64,000 nucleotides of DNA. It comes from Polyangiales bacterium (GTDB lineage Bacteria; Myxococcota_A; Polyangia; Polyangiales; Ga0077539). The translations under genes and the position numbers were made by a program. The DNA lies in the NCBI GenBank assembly GCA_044229975.1, contig JBGARZ010000011.1:192001-256000 (forward strand), given 5' to 3'. The notes under the pieces were generated by a model. That model worked only from the letters and a program-made list of their open reading frames with translations. It had not been told where the DNA came from and searched no databases. This document shows, piece after piece, positions 38,557 to 50,164 of the stretch (positions are counted from its first letter, which is position 1; every line of letters starts with the position of its first letter).

Positions 38557-38801
38557 GGTGGAACCCTTCCCGGTGGTGGCGAGGAGCGTCTCGCGGAGGA
38601 AGGCGTGAGCAATCGCGGCGCCAACGGCGGACGACGCGCGACTGGCTTGTTTTCATGTCATTTCAGCGGGTGCCCGGAGGTGGCGGCGGGTGGCGGCGGG
38701 GTGGCGGCGGGGGTGGCGGCGGGCCTGTCACGCGAGCCGCGATCATCCTCCTCCTCTCCCAAAACGCCGCTCCGCCACCGCTGGTGTATACGATTCGCAC
38801 C

Positions 38802-40826
38802 ATGCGCCGCCTGCTCCTCCCGCTCTGCGCGCTCGCCCTCGCCGCGTGCTCTTCGTCCGCCACCACGCCCGCCACCGACGCCGCGACCGCCACCGACATC
38901 CCCGCGGCCATCGACACGCCTGTCGTCGCGACCGACGTCCCGGTCGACGCCGGTGAGCCGCCGCCTCCGATGGCCTGTCGCTCGGGCGCCGGATGGGACC
39001 GCACGATGCCCGCCTTCCGCGAGGTCACCGCCGCGTACGGGCTCGCCGAGCTCACGGCCAAGCGCATGGCCACCGCCGACCTCGACGGCGACGGCTACGC
39101 CGACCTCGTCGCCTGGAACGACGTCGTCAACACCCGCACCAACTTCACGCTCCCGGTCACCGGGTGGCTCGTTCGTGTGCTCATGAACCGACCACGCGCC
39201 GACGGCGCCACGGGTCGCCGCTTCGTCGACAACACCCGCGAGTCCAACTTCCTCGCGCTGCGTGAAGGCCCCGCCGACCGCGGCCGCCTCGTCACGGCCG
39301 TCGCCTTCGCCGACGTCGACAACGACGGCGACATCGACGCGTACACCGGCGCCATCCCCACCGCCTCACCCGCCGCGGGTCAGGACGCCGACCCCGGCGA
39401 CCGCGGGACCATCCTCCTCAACGACGGCCACGGCGTCTTCTCGCTTGGCCCCGTGAGCGACGCCACGCCCGGCGCAGACACCTCCCCGCAGACCATCGGC
39501 GCCGTCTTCAACGACCAGAACCTCGACGGCCACATCGACCTCCTCGTCGGCTACCACAGCGCGACCTTCGGCCTCCCCATCGGCCAGCAATCACAGATGT
39601 TTCGCGGCGCGGGCGACGGGACCTTCTCCGAGGTCACCGACGACGTCGGCATGACGCTGGAGTCGTCCAACCAGTCGCTCCTCGACGTGACCAACAACCG
39701 CCCGCTCTACGGCATCTCCGCCTGCGACGTGAACAACGACGGCCGCCTCGACATCATCGGCGCGGCCTACGGTCGACAGTTCAATCTGTTGATGACCAGC
39801 GACGGTGACACCTTCCGTGACGAGTCCGTCGCGAGCGGGGTGGGCGGCGACGACAACCGCGACTTCAGCGACAACCAGACCTACCGCTGCTACTGCGCCG
39901 CGGTCGCCGGTCGCTGCCCCGCCACCGTCCCCGCCGTGGGCCGCGGGTACACCTGCCCGGTTCGCGGCGACTGGCGACCCACCGTCGATCAGCAGCCCTG
40001 GCGCCTCAACGGCAACACCTTCTCCATCGCCTGCGGCGACATCGACAACGACGGCGACATCGACCTCTACACCGGCGAAATCGCCCACCCCGACGTCGGC
40101 GCCAACAGCGACCGCGCCGAGCTGCTCGTCAACGACACTGCGCCGGGCGGGCCGACGCACTTCAACCGCCCGGGTCGCATGGCGACGGGGCTCGTCATCC
40201 CCGGAACGGGCGACGAGGGCGTGCTCAGCAACGCGATGTTCGACTTCGACAACGACGGCCGGCTCGACATCTGGGCGGGCGGCAGCGACTACCCGAGCCA
40301 GTTCGGGTGGCTCTACGCGCAGAGCGCCGACGGGACCTTCACCGAGGTCTCGCGCCTCGCGCAGATCCGTCACGCGTGCCCGCTCGGCGTGGCCTGGGCG
40401 GACTTCGACCACGACGGCGACGTCGACATGGTGGTGGGCTCCTCGACCGCGCGCACCTGCTCGGCAGCCTGGATGGGCCGCTCGGCCGTCCGCGTCTACG
40501 AGAACATCGCCAGCGAGGCCAACTGGACCACCGTCCGACTCATCGGCGCGGGCAACGGCGGCGCCAACCGCGCGGCCCTCGGGGCGCGGGTGCGCGTCAC
40601 CGCCGGCGGCGTCACGCAGACCCGCGAGGTGGTCAACACCTGGGGCCTCGCGGGCTTGTCCGCCGAGCTCCCGGTGCACTTCGGTCTCGGCGCCAACTGC
40701 GCCATCGATCGCATCGAGGTGCGCTGGCCCGACGCCACCAACACCGTCGAGACCTTCACCGACGTGCGCGCCAACTACGCGCTGGAGATCACCCAGGGGT
40801 CCGGCCGCGTCCACTACGTCCGCTGA
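38802..40826 (+). CDS. FG-GAP/VCBS repeat lipoprotein with ASPIC/UnbV domain (CRTAC1 family)
   Basis: LALAAC lipobox, many DxDxDGxxD repeats, GARVRV...VHFGLG...IEVRWP C-terminus. Confidence 0.9.
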   Translation: MRRLLLPLCALALAACSSSATTPATDAATATDIPAAIDTPVVATDVPVDAGEPPPPMACRSGAGWDRTMPAFREVTAAYGLAELTAKRMATADLDGDGYADLVAWNDVVNTRTNFTLPVTGWLVRVLMNRPRADGATGRRFVDNTRESNFLALREGPADRGRLVTAVAFADVDNDGDIDAYTGAIPTASPAAGQDADPGDRGTILLNDGHGVFSLGPVSDATPGADTSPQTIGAVFNDQNLDGHIDLLVGYHSATFGLPIGQQSQMFRGAGDGTFSEVTDDVGMTLESSNQSLLDVTNNRPLYGISACDVNNDGRLDIIGAAYGRQFNLLMTSDGDTFRDESVASGVGGDDNRDFSDNQTYRCYCAAVAGRCPATVPAVGRGYTCPVRGDWRPTVDQQPWRLNGNTFSIACGDIDNDGDIDLYTGEIAHPDVGANSDRAELLVNDTAPGGPTHFNRPGRMATGLVIPGTGDEGVLSNAMFDFDNDGRLDIWAGGSDYPSQFGWLYAQSADGTFTEVSRLAQIRHACPLGVAWADFDHDGDVDMVVGSSTARTCSAAWMGRSAVRVYENIASEANWTTVRLIGAGNGGANRAALGARVRVTAGGVTQTREVVNTWGLAGLSAELPVHFGLGANCAIDRIEVRWPDATNTVETFTDVRANYALEITQGSGRVHYVR

Positions 40827-40849
40827 CCTTCGCAGCCTTTCCGTGGCCT

Positions 40850-41290
40850 TCAGGCCGCGGAAGAGGGTCGCCGAAACACCCGCTCATCCAGCGAGTACCG
40901 CCCCGGCCCCGTCAGCATCAGCAGCGCCGCCGTCACCAGATATCCCAGCGCGGGCTCATACGACCCGCCGCGCCCCACGAAGGGATCTCCCTTCGACACA
41001 TGCTTGAACACCGCCACCACCATCGTGCACGCGATGCCGAAGGCCGCGATCGGCGTGAGCAACCCCACGATCAGCCCAAGCCCTCCGCCAAACTCCGACA
41101 CCGCCGCGAGCGCTTGAAACACCCCCGGCGGCGCGTCCGGCGAACGGTCCATCCAATGAAAGGGGTCCTGGATCTTCTTCAGCCCGTGGGCCATCAGCGC
41201 GGCCCCCGCGTACACCCGGATCAGCAGCAGCCCCACCGAGGCCCGCGCGCCCGGCGCCTCGGGCCACACCGTCTTCTTCCAGTCGCTCAT
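40850..41290 (-). CDS. DoxX family membrane protein
   Basis: GLLLIRV...HGLKK...EFGGGL.LIVGLLT...GPGRYSLD. ATGA overlap with phaC. Confidence 0.88.
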   Translation of the reverse strand: MSDWKKTVWPEAPGARASVGLLLIRVYAGAALMAHGLKKIQDPFHWMDRSPDAPPGVFQALAAVSEFGGGLGLIVGLLTPIAAFGIACTMVVAVFKHVSKGDPFVGRGGSYEPALGYLVTAALLMLTGPGRYSLDERVFRRPSSAA

Positions 41291-42365
41291 CGCGAAGCAA
41301 CCCGCTTCGTCGCGACCTTCTTCCTCCCCTGCGGCTCCGCGTCGTGCGCCGCCCACCACGTCGAGATGGTCGGCCACAGCGTCGTCAGCGCCTTGCGCGA
41401 GATCACCGCCCCCACGTGCCCGCCCGGCAGATGAACGCGCTCCTTGTCCGTCGAGCCGATGCGATCCATCAGCGGCGCGGCGCTCTCCTCGGGGACGATG
41501 TTGTCGTGCGCGAAGGTCACCGCCAGCGTCGGGCACTTGATGTCTCCCAACAACACACGCCGACCCGACAGCGTAAAGGTCTCCTTCATCAGACCATCGG
41601 CCCGATAGAGCCCTTCGATGTAGCGACGGTACGCCTCGCCCGGAAACGACACGTTGTCGTTGCCCCACGTCTCCAGCGCGAAGAACCCGTCGAGAAACTC
41701 GTCGTCCCACGCCCGGTCGAGCACGTGCGCCGCCTTCGACAGCGGCAGCGTCGGCCGCAGCATCTGAAACGCGCCCTGCATCAACTGCCAAGGGACGTTG
41801 CCCGTCGCGTCGATCATCGCGCCCAGGTCGAAGGTCGACGAGCGCGTCCACAGCGAGAGCAAGCCCTCGTCGTGAAAGGCCACCGGCGCCGCGAGCACCG
41901 TGAGCGAGGCGATCTTCTCGGGACGCACCGCCGCGTGGATGACGGCGAGCGTTCCGCCGAGGCAGTAGCCGAGCACATGCGCCTTGCCGCGCGAGCCATG
42001 CTGCGCCGCAACACGAACGGCCCGCCCGAGGTACCCATCGGTGATCGCGTCGAAGGTGAGGTGCCGGTCTTCGGGACCGGGTGTTCCCCAGTCGACGATG
42101 AACACGTCGTGACCGCGCGCGACGAGCGTCTCGGCGACGCTCTTGCCCGCTTGCAGGTCGAGCACGTAGTGCCGGTTGATGAGCGACGGGACCAGCAGCA
42201 CCGGCGTCGCGTACGCCACCCCCTCGGGCCGCGGTCGGTAGCGCAGCAGCGACCACTTGTTTTCGCGGTGCACCACGTCGGCGGGCGTGACGCCCACCGC
42301 GGGCTTCTTGCGCGCGACCATCCCGAGCAGGTTGCGCCAGCGGCGGGTCTCCTTGCCCGCGTCGC

Positions 42366-42369
<4 letters not shown>
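41287..42369 (-). CDS. phaC: Class III-type polyhydroxyalkanoate synthase catalytic subunit
   Basis: [33 protein letters not shown] lipase box with Cys, HDNIVP, GGHVG. Confidence 0.88.
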
Positions 42370-44072
<1,703 letters not shown>

Positions 44073-44096
44073 CGTCTGTCGGTGCTCCTGCGAGGC

Positions 44097-44215
44097 GGGG
44101 ACGGTTTCAGCTTTTCACCTTTGGCGCACAGGAGGCTGGGGACGGTTTCAGCTTTTCACCTCTGGCGCATTGCCTCCGGAGAGTGTGCACAAGGTGAAAA
44201 GCTGAAACCGTCCCC
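44097..44215. repeat. REP-like cluster, family B (two direct copies and one inverted)
   Basis: GGGGACGGTTTCAGCTTTTCACCT at 44097 and 44138, inverted copy at 44191-44215. Confidence 0.92.
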
Positions 44216-44220
44216 ACCCG

Positions 44221-44526
44221 TCACTCCTTCGGCGCCGCCTGCTGCGCGCGAATCTCCGCGAGGGTCTCTTCGAGGTCGATGAGCCGGCTCTGGAGCTGGT
44301 TGAGCGCGTGGAGCGAGCGCTCCTGATCGCGCCGCGTGGGCAGGCCCACCGCCGACCACCACGCGTCCATCGCCCCGTCGACGGCCGTCTTGGAGCGCAT
44401 CACCGCCGTCAACATCGCCCCGCCTGGCGTCAGCACCAGGGGCGACCGCATCCACGCCTCGACGTACTTCGCCGTCGCGGCCTCCCAGGTGTCGAAGCCC
44501 TTCTTCCACTGGTCCCAACCGAACAT
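44221..44526 (-). CDS. phaE: Short PhaE-like PHA synthase subunit
   Basis: 101 aa, GLPTRRD followed by a coiled coil, AAGGAG RBS, first gene of the phaC operon. Confidence 0.65.
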   Translation of the reverse strand: MFGWDQWKKGFDTWEAATAKYVEAWMRSPLVLTPGGAMLTAVMRSKTAVDGAMDAWWSAVGLPTRRDQERSLHALNQLQSRLIDLEETLAEIRAQQAAPKE

Positions 44527-44559
44527 GGCCGCCGCTCCTTCCGCGCCGCACCACCGCGT

Positions 44560-44571
44560 TGCCGCAGCGCA
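44560..44571 (-). promoter_or_regulatory. Candidate PhaR operator (degenerate)
   Basis: TGCGCTGCGGCA on the minus strand, upstream of the phaE-like gene. Confidence 0.45.
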
Positions 44572-44631
44572 ACAACCGACGCTCCCCAACGGATAGGTCA
44601 GCTCCACAAATGGTGTCAACCGCTCCAATGG

Positions 44632-44643
44632 TGCGACGCACAA
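44632..44643 (+). promoter_or_regulatory. Candidate PhaR operator
   Basis: TGCGACGCACAA in the phaE/phaR divergent region. Confidence 0.65.
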
Positions 44644-44694
44644 TCCGATGGCTTCCCAGCGCCCCGCGGTTGCCGGTATGCTCCACTCCCCCCG

Positions 44695-45321
44695 ATGAGC
44701 AAGCGCCCCGCCCCGCCGAGGGTCATCAAGAAGTACGGCAACCGCCGCCTCTACGACACCACCCTCAGCCGCTACGTCACCCTCGACGAGCTCGCCGACT
44801 CCATCCGCGTCGGCCACGACGCCCGCATCGTCGACGCCCAGACCGGCGACGACCTCACCCAGACCACCCTCACCCAGATGATCCTGGAGGGCCGCGGCGC
44901 CGCGCAATTCCTCTCCGTCCCCATCCTCACCCAGCTCCTGCGGATGAGCGACGACGCGCTCGCGGAGTTCTTCGGCCGCTACGTCAGCATGGCCCTCGAC
45001 CTCTACCAGCAGACCCGCACCGGGATGCAGTCGTTTGGCCCCTTCGCCCCCTTCGCGATGCCCTACGCCGCCACCAACGCCTTCGCCCGCCTCGTCGGCA
45101 ACGCCCTCCCCTTCCGTGGTGCACCGCAGCAACCTGCCGCCCCGCAAGCACCCCTCGAAGCCCCCGCCGAGGAAGATCCGCCCCCGCCCACGGCCGACTC
45201 CCTCGCGCTCGACGACCTGCGCCGCAAGCTCGACGCGCTGGAGAAATCCGTGCGTGCCGCCCAGCGCCCGGCGGCCCCGAAGAAGCCCGCGACGAAGAAG
45301 AAGCCCGCCCGCACCCGCTGA
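44695..45321 (+). CDS. phaR: Polyhydroxyalkanoate synthesis repressor
   Basis: IKKYGNRRLYDT..SRYVTL...VDAQTGDDLT...LTQMILE. Confidence 0.93.
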   Translation: MSKRPAPPRVIKKYGNRRLYDTTLSRYVTLDELADSIRVGHDARIVDAQTGDDLTQTTLTQMILEGRGAAQFLSVPILTQLLRMSDDALAEFFGRYVSMALDLYQQTRTGMQSFGPFAPFAMPYAATNAFARLVGNALPFRGAPQQPAAPQAPLEAPAEEDPPPPTADSLALDDLRRKLDALEKSVRAAQRPAAPKKPATKKKPARTR

Positions 45322-45324
45322 TGT

Positions 45325-45336
45325 TGCAGCGCACAA
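45325..45336 (+). promoter_or_regulatory. Candidate PhaR operator upstream of the phasin
   Basis: TGCAGCGCACAA, 10/12 identical to the 44632 box. Confidence 0.65.
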
Positions 45337-45396
45337 CGCATCGTTGACAGCACACCCGCCGCTGCTCTATCCGTCGACGAGGGAGCACCGACCACC

Positions 45397-45717
45397 ATGA
45401 GCGACACCACCGAGACCCCGAAGCCGCCCAGCCCCTTCGCGGCCTTCTTCGGCGCGAGCAACCCCTTCATGGCCCTCGGCGCAGAGGCGTGGCGCAAGGG
45501 CGTGGCCGATCACGTCGCTCGCGTGGAGGCCGTCACCGACGAGCTCGCCCGCGCCGAAGCCCAGGGCATCGCCCACACGCGCATGATGATCGACGAGAGC
45601 GCGAAGCTCGCCCAGGAGACCCTCTCCTACGCGACGCAGCTCTCCAGCGAGTGGCGCAAGATGATGTTCGAGGCGGCCCGCAAGGGCTTCGACCTCGTCA
45701 ACCCGTCGGCCCGCTGA
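45397..45717 (+). CDS. Putative phasin (PHA granule protein)
   Basis: 106-aa amphipathic helical protein after phaR, with RBS and PhaR-type box. Confidence 0.6.
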   Translation: MSDTTETPKPPSPFAAFFGASNPFMALGAEAWRKGVADHVARVEAVTDELARAEAQGIAHTRMMIDESAKLAQETLSYATQLSSEWRKMMFEAARKGFDLVNPSAR

Positions 45718-45783
45718 GTGGCGCCGCGTACGCCACAACGCACCACTGCCCAACCGCGCCGCGGCGGAGTAATCACGGTGGCG

Positions 45784-46692
45784 ATGCGCTGCTCCATCCT
45801 CCTCACGCTCACCGCCCTCGGCTGCGCCACAGGCGACGTCGAGCCGCGCGTCGACGCTGGCGTTCGCGACGTCGGCACGCAGCCGCGCGACGTCCCCGCC
45901 GTGACGACGGACAACCCCGCGGTGCCCACCGACGAGGGCACTCCCGAGGTGGACGTGGCGCCGGTGGGTGATGGTGGCGCGCGCTGCATGGGCGATCGCG
46001 ACGGCGTCATCACCCGCGCGGAGATCAACTTCCTCGTCGGCGCCTCGGTGCTCTACGCCGTCAACGACGACGGCACCACCGTCGAGCCCGTCGACACCGC
46101 TGGAACCATCGTCGAAGGCACGCGCCGCTGGGACTACTCCGCCCCGCGCGCGAGCGACCGCCGCGTGCTCGACGAGGTGATGCGCCCGACCGGCCGCTGG
46201 TGGAGCGGGCGCTACCCCGACGCGACCTACGCCGCGCTCATCGACCGCACCAACAACATCCTCGGCGTGTACCGCGCGAGCGCCTCGTCGCTGGAGCTGC
46301 TGGGCACCGTCTCCGTCGCGGACAACGCCACCGACCTGCGCATGACGCCGCCGGTGCAGGTGCTGCGCTTCCCGCTGCGCGTCGGTGATACGTGGACGCA
46401 GTCGGTCACCGCGACGGGCTTCTACAACTTCACCCCGAACACCAACGTCACCAGCTACACCACCCGGGTCGACGCGCAGGGGGAGGTGTGGACGTCGGCG
46501 GGGAGGTTCCCGGCGCTGCGGGTTCGCACCGACCTCGACCAGGCGATTCCGCTGACCATCATCCGCCGCACGCGCCGGACGTACACCTTCCTCAGCGAGT
46601 GCTGGGGCGTGGTGGCCCGCGTGGCGAGCGTCGACAACGAGTCCGCCGAGGCCTTTGGCCGCGCGTCGGAGTACCGTCGGCTGTCGCTGTGA
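45784..46692 (+). CDS. Lipoprotein, paralog of 49228..50121
   Basis: LTALGC lipobox, CMGDRDGVITRAE, LRFPL, ECWGVVAR, EYRRLSL. Confidence 0.8.
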   Translation: MRCSILLTLTALGCATGDVEPRVDAGVRDVGTQPRDVPAVTTDNPAVPTDEGTPEVDVAPVGDGGARCMGDRDGVITRAEINFLVGASVLYAVNDDGTTVEPVDTAGTIVEGTRRWDYSAPRASDRRVLDEVMRPTGRWWSGRYPDATYAALIDRTNNILGVYRASASSLELLGTVSVADNATDLRMTPPVQVLRFPLRVGDTWTQSVTATGFYNFTPNTNVTSYTTRVDAQGEVWTSAGRFPALRVRTDLDQAIPLTIIRRTRRTYTFLSECWGVVARVASVDNESAEAFGRASEYRRLSL

Positions 46693-47609
46693 GAGCCGCC
46701 CTCCTCTGTTGCGTCGCAGCATTCGCGCCCGCCTGCGCGACCTTCCAGGAGCCCGGAGAGCCCCTCGGCGCGCGCCTCGGCCCCGACGCCCGCTACGTCC
46801 ACACCCGCTCGGGGCGCTCCATCTACACCGAGGTCCGCGGGCCCGCCGAAGGCACCGCCACGCCGGTGCTGCTCGTCCACGGCTTCGCCTCCAACCACGA
46901 CGTCTGGGACACGCTCGAACCCGGTCTCCGTGAGCGCCGCCGCACCATCAACGTCGACCTCCCCGGCTTCGGCTGGTCGTCGCGCACCGACGGTGACTAC
47001 TCCCCCGTCGCCCTCGCCAACGACCTCGTCGACGTCCTCGACGCCGTCGCCCCCAACGGTCCCGTCGACGTCGTCGCCCACTCCTGGGGCAGCTCCGTCA
47101 GCCTCGCGCTCGCGCTCGACCACTCCGACCGCGTGCGCCGCGTCGTCCTCGTCGGCGCCTGGATCTACGACGAACAGATCCCCCCGTTCTTCCGCTGGGC
47201 GCGCCTGCCCGGCGTCGGCGAGATGCTCTTCTCGGGCTTCTACCGCGAGCGCCCCGACGACCGCTTTCCGTCCGCGTTCGAAGACCCCTCCATCGTGTCG
47301 CAAGACCTCGTCGACGCCATCGAGCGCTCCTTCGACCGACCCGGAACCTCCCGCGCCGCCCTCGCCGCCGCCCGCGGCCAGTGCTTCCTCCAGCTCCAGA
47401 CCCGCTACCGCACCGTGCAGCAACCCACGCTCCTCCTGTGGGGCGCCGCCGACCACGTCGCCCAGCTCCGCTTCGGTGAGCGACTCGCGCGCGAGATCCC
47501 CGACGCACGCCTCGCCGTCGTCCCCGCCGTCGGGCACTTCCCCATGATCGAGGCCGCCGGCGTCACCCGCCGCGAGGTGCTCACCTTCCTCGATGGGACG
47601 GGCCGGTGA
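46689..47609 (+). CDS. Exported alpha/beta hydrolase (Ser esterase)
   Basis: GTGA overlap, AFAPAC lipobox-like, VHGF, DLPGFG, AHSWG, WGAAD, GHFP. Confidence 0.88.
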   Translation: MRAALLCCVAAFAPACATFQEPGEPLGARLGPDARYVHTRSGRSIYTEVRGPAEGTATPVLLVHGFASNHDVWDTLEPGLRERRRTINVDLPGFGWSSRTDGDYSPVALANDLVDVLDAVAPNGPVDVVAHSWGSSVSLALALDHSDRVRRVVLVGAWIYDEQIPPFFRWARLPGVGEMLFSGFYRERPDDRFPSAFEDPSIVSQDLVDAIERSFDRPGTSRAALAAARGQCFLQLQTRYRTVQQPTLLLWGAADHVAQLRFGERLAREIPDARLAVVPAVGHFPMIEAAGVTRREVLTFLDGTGR

Positions 47610-49240
47610 CGCGACGCAACACGGTCACCGCGCTCGCTTGTTGCGCCGCGACATGGCTGTCGACCGTCACGGCGATTGCCCAGCCGCGCGCGGCCGGAGA
47701 CGAGCGGCGCGCCATCGATCGCGAGCCCTCCCGCGATGCACCCGGGGTGACGCCCATCGGTGATGCGCTGCGCGCGACGGCCGACACGCCCGACACGCGG
47801 GTGCGCCTCACGGGCTTCCTCCGAACGCGCGGCGACCTCGCCCACAACTGGGACCTCGCGCGCGGCCCGACGCCGTCGCTGTCGTCCATCTGGCCGCTGC
47901 CGTATGTCGACGACGGGGCCTCGCACACGCAGACCAGCGCCGACCTGAGATTGCGCGTCGACCTGGGCATCGAGGTCGGTTGGGGCGTCTCCATCCACGC
48001 GCGGGCCCACGTGCTCGACAACCTGCGCCTGGGATCGCTCCCGTCCGGGGACTTCGTCGGCGGCAGCGTGACGCAGCGCGGACCCGATCTGCCCATCGAT
48101 CTGCGGCAGGTCTACGGTCAGGTGCTGCTGCCCTTTGGTGTGCTCACCGCGGGTCGCATGGGCGCGCTCGTCGATTGGGGGACGGGGTTCTTCCTCAACG
48201 CGGGCAACGGGCTCGACGACGACTACGGCGATGTTGGTGACCGCGTGGCGTTTACGACGCCGCTCGCGGGCCTGCTCTGGACGGCGCTCTACGAGATCAG
48301 CGCGACGGGTCCGTCGAGCGAGGCGCTGCGGCCGGAGATACGCCCGGCCTTCGACCTCGACCCGCGTGATGACGTTCGGACGGTGGCGTTTTCGGTGGCC
48401 CGCTACAACACCCCGACGACCCGCAATCGAAGGTTGCGGGCGGGGCGCAACACCTTCGAGTTCGGGCTCGTCGGGAGCTACCGCTGGCAGAGCTACGACA
48501 TCAACGCGACGGACGTCCCGTCGGCGCGCACGGCGCTGGTGCGCGACCTGACGGCCTTCGTGGGCGACGCGTGGGTGCGGGCCGACCTCGGGCGCTTCAC
48601 CATCGAGGGCGAGTTTGCGTACGTGGGCTTCCGCATCGGCAACGCGTCACTCGACCCGGCGGCGATGCTCAACCTCGCGGTGACGGGCCGGCAGATGGGC
48701 GGCGTCGTGCGCGCGGAGTATCGGGGCGGGGAGAGGTTCTTCGCGCGGGTGGAGGTGGGCTTCGCGTCGGGCGACGACCGGCCGGGCTTCGGCGCGCGGC
48801 CGACGGCGCAGAGCGGGCGCGCGGGTGACCTGGACGGGTTGCAGTTCGACCTCACGCGAACACCGCGCGACGTCAACGTGCAGAACTTCCGCTTCAGCCC
48901 CAACTACCGCGTCGACCTCATCCTCTGGCGGCGCCTCATCGGAACCGTCACCGACGCCTGGTACGTGCGCCCGATGGTGCGATATCGATTGGCGTCGATG
49001 CTCACCGCAGAGGCGGCCGTCATCACCAGCGTGGCGATGGAGCCCAACAGCACCCCATCGGGCAAGACACCGCTCGGCGTCGAGACCGACATCGGGTTGA
49101 TCTACGAACAGGAGCACGGCTTCGTCATGCGACTCGACTACGGGCTGCTGCTGCCATTGGCGGGCTTCGACAACGTCGCGGCGCGGGTGAGCCCGTCGCC
49201 CGCGCACGCCCTGCACGCGGTGCTCGCATGGCGGTTTTGA
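47606..49240 (+). CDS. Outer-membrane beta-barrel (TIGR04551-like)
   Basis: Signal peptide, amphipathic strands, GFASGD, NFRFSPNYRVDLILWRRLIGTVTDAWYVRP, C-terminal WRF. Confidence 0.8.
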   Translation: MTRRNTVTALACCAATWLSTVTAIAQPRAAGDERRAIDREPSRDAPGVTPIGDALRATADTPDTRVRLTGFLRTRGDLAHNWDLARGPTPSLSSIWPLPYVDDGASHTQTSADLRLRVDLGIEVGWGVSIHARAHVLDNLRLGSLPSGDFVGGSVTQRGPDLPIDLRQVYGQVLLPFGVLTAGRMGALVDWGTGFFLNAGNGLDDDYGDVGDRVAFTTPLAGLLWTALYEISATGPSSEALRPEIRPAFDLDPRDDVRTVAFSVARYNTPTTRNRRLRAGRNTFEFGLVGSYRWQSYDINATDVPSARTALVRDLTAFVGDAWVRADLGRFTIEGEFAYVGFRIGNASLDPAAMLNLAVTGRQMGGVVRAEYRGGERFFARVEVGFASGDDRPGFGARPTAQSGRAGDLDGLQFDLTRTPRDVNVQNFRFSPNYRVDLILWRRLIGTVTDAWYVRPMVRYRLASMLTAEAAVITSVAMEPNSTPSGKTPLGVETDIGLIYEQEHGFVMRLDYGLLLPLAGFDNVAARVSPSPAHALHAVLAWRF

Positions 49241-50121
49241 GCGCGGGGAGAAGGGTGGGTGGTCGCTTCCCCTCCCTCACGGTCGGGGTCTGGCTCGGAG
49301 CGGTGGCGGCGATCGGTGGAGCAATGGGCTGCGCGGCGGCGCCGGAGGGGAGCGACGCCGGAGCGCGTGATGGCGGCGGCTTCGTCGTCATCCCCGACAG
49401 CGGGTCGACGGTGGTGTGCCGGGGCAACCGCGACGGGACCATCGCGCGCAACGAGGTGGTGTTTGTTCCGGGCGTGGAGGTTCGCTATCGCATCAACCCG
49501 CCGGGGACGCTCGCGCGGGTGTCGCCCCGCGGCGTGGACGTCGGCGGGGTGCGCACGTGGGACTTCACCGACGGCAGCGGCGACGCCGTGACGTTGACGC
49601 TCTCGACCAGCGAGGGGCAATGGTGGCTGCCGCGCTTTCCGACGGCGCAGTACGCGTCGCGGCTCGATCCGCGCAGCCCCAACCTCGGCGTCTATCGGGC
49701 GGGAGATACGAGCGTCGAGCTGCTCGGTCTCGTCGCGCCGATGGAGTCGACGATGACGGTGGTTCCGTATGAGCCGGGCGTCGCGGTGCTGCGCTTTCCG
49801 CTGACCATGGGCGCGACGTGGACCGCCGACAGCACGACGAGCAACGCGATGGTGGAAGGGACGCCCGTCGCGTCGCGCGATCGGTACAGCTTCGTGGTGG
49901 ATGCGCGCGGGACGGTGCGGCTTCCTGACCTGACCTTCACCGACGCGCTGCGGGTTCGCATCGAGCTCACGCAGCAGTTTCCTGCGGGCGCAGGCGTGCG
50001 GAAGATCCAGTACCTCTGGATGGTGGAGTGCTACGGCGAGGTCGCGCGGATGACGTCGCAGGACGGCGAGGTCGACCCGGACTTCACCATGGCCACGGAG
50101 TTTCGACGCCTCGGGTTGTAG
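49228..50121 (+). CDS. Lipoprotein, paralog of 45784..46692
   Basis: GAMGC lipobox, CRGNRDGTIARNE, LRFPL, ECYGEVAR, EFRRLGL. Confidence 0.8.
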   Translation: MAVLSAGRRVGGRFPSLTVGVWLGAVAAIGGAMGCAAAPEGSDAGARDGGGFVVIPDSGSTVVCRGNRDGTIARNEVVFVPGVEVRYRINPPGTLARVSPRGVDVGGVRTWDFTDGSGDAVTLTLSTSEGQWWLPRFPTAQYASRLDPRSPNLGVYRAGDTSVELLGLVAPMESTMTVVPYEPGVAVLRFPLTMGATWTADSTTSNAMVEGTPVASRDRYSFVVDARGTVRLPDLTFTDALRVRIELTQQFPAGAGVRKIQYLWMVECYGEVARMTSQDGEVDPDFTMATEFRRLGL

Positions 50122-50164
50122 GAACGCTTTCAGCGCCCGCCCTCCGCGCAGTACAGTGCGGTGC

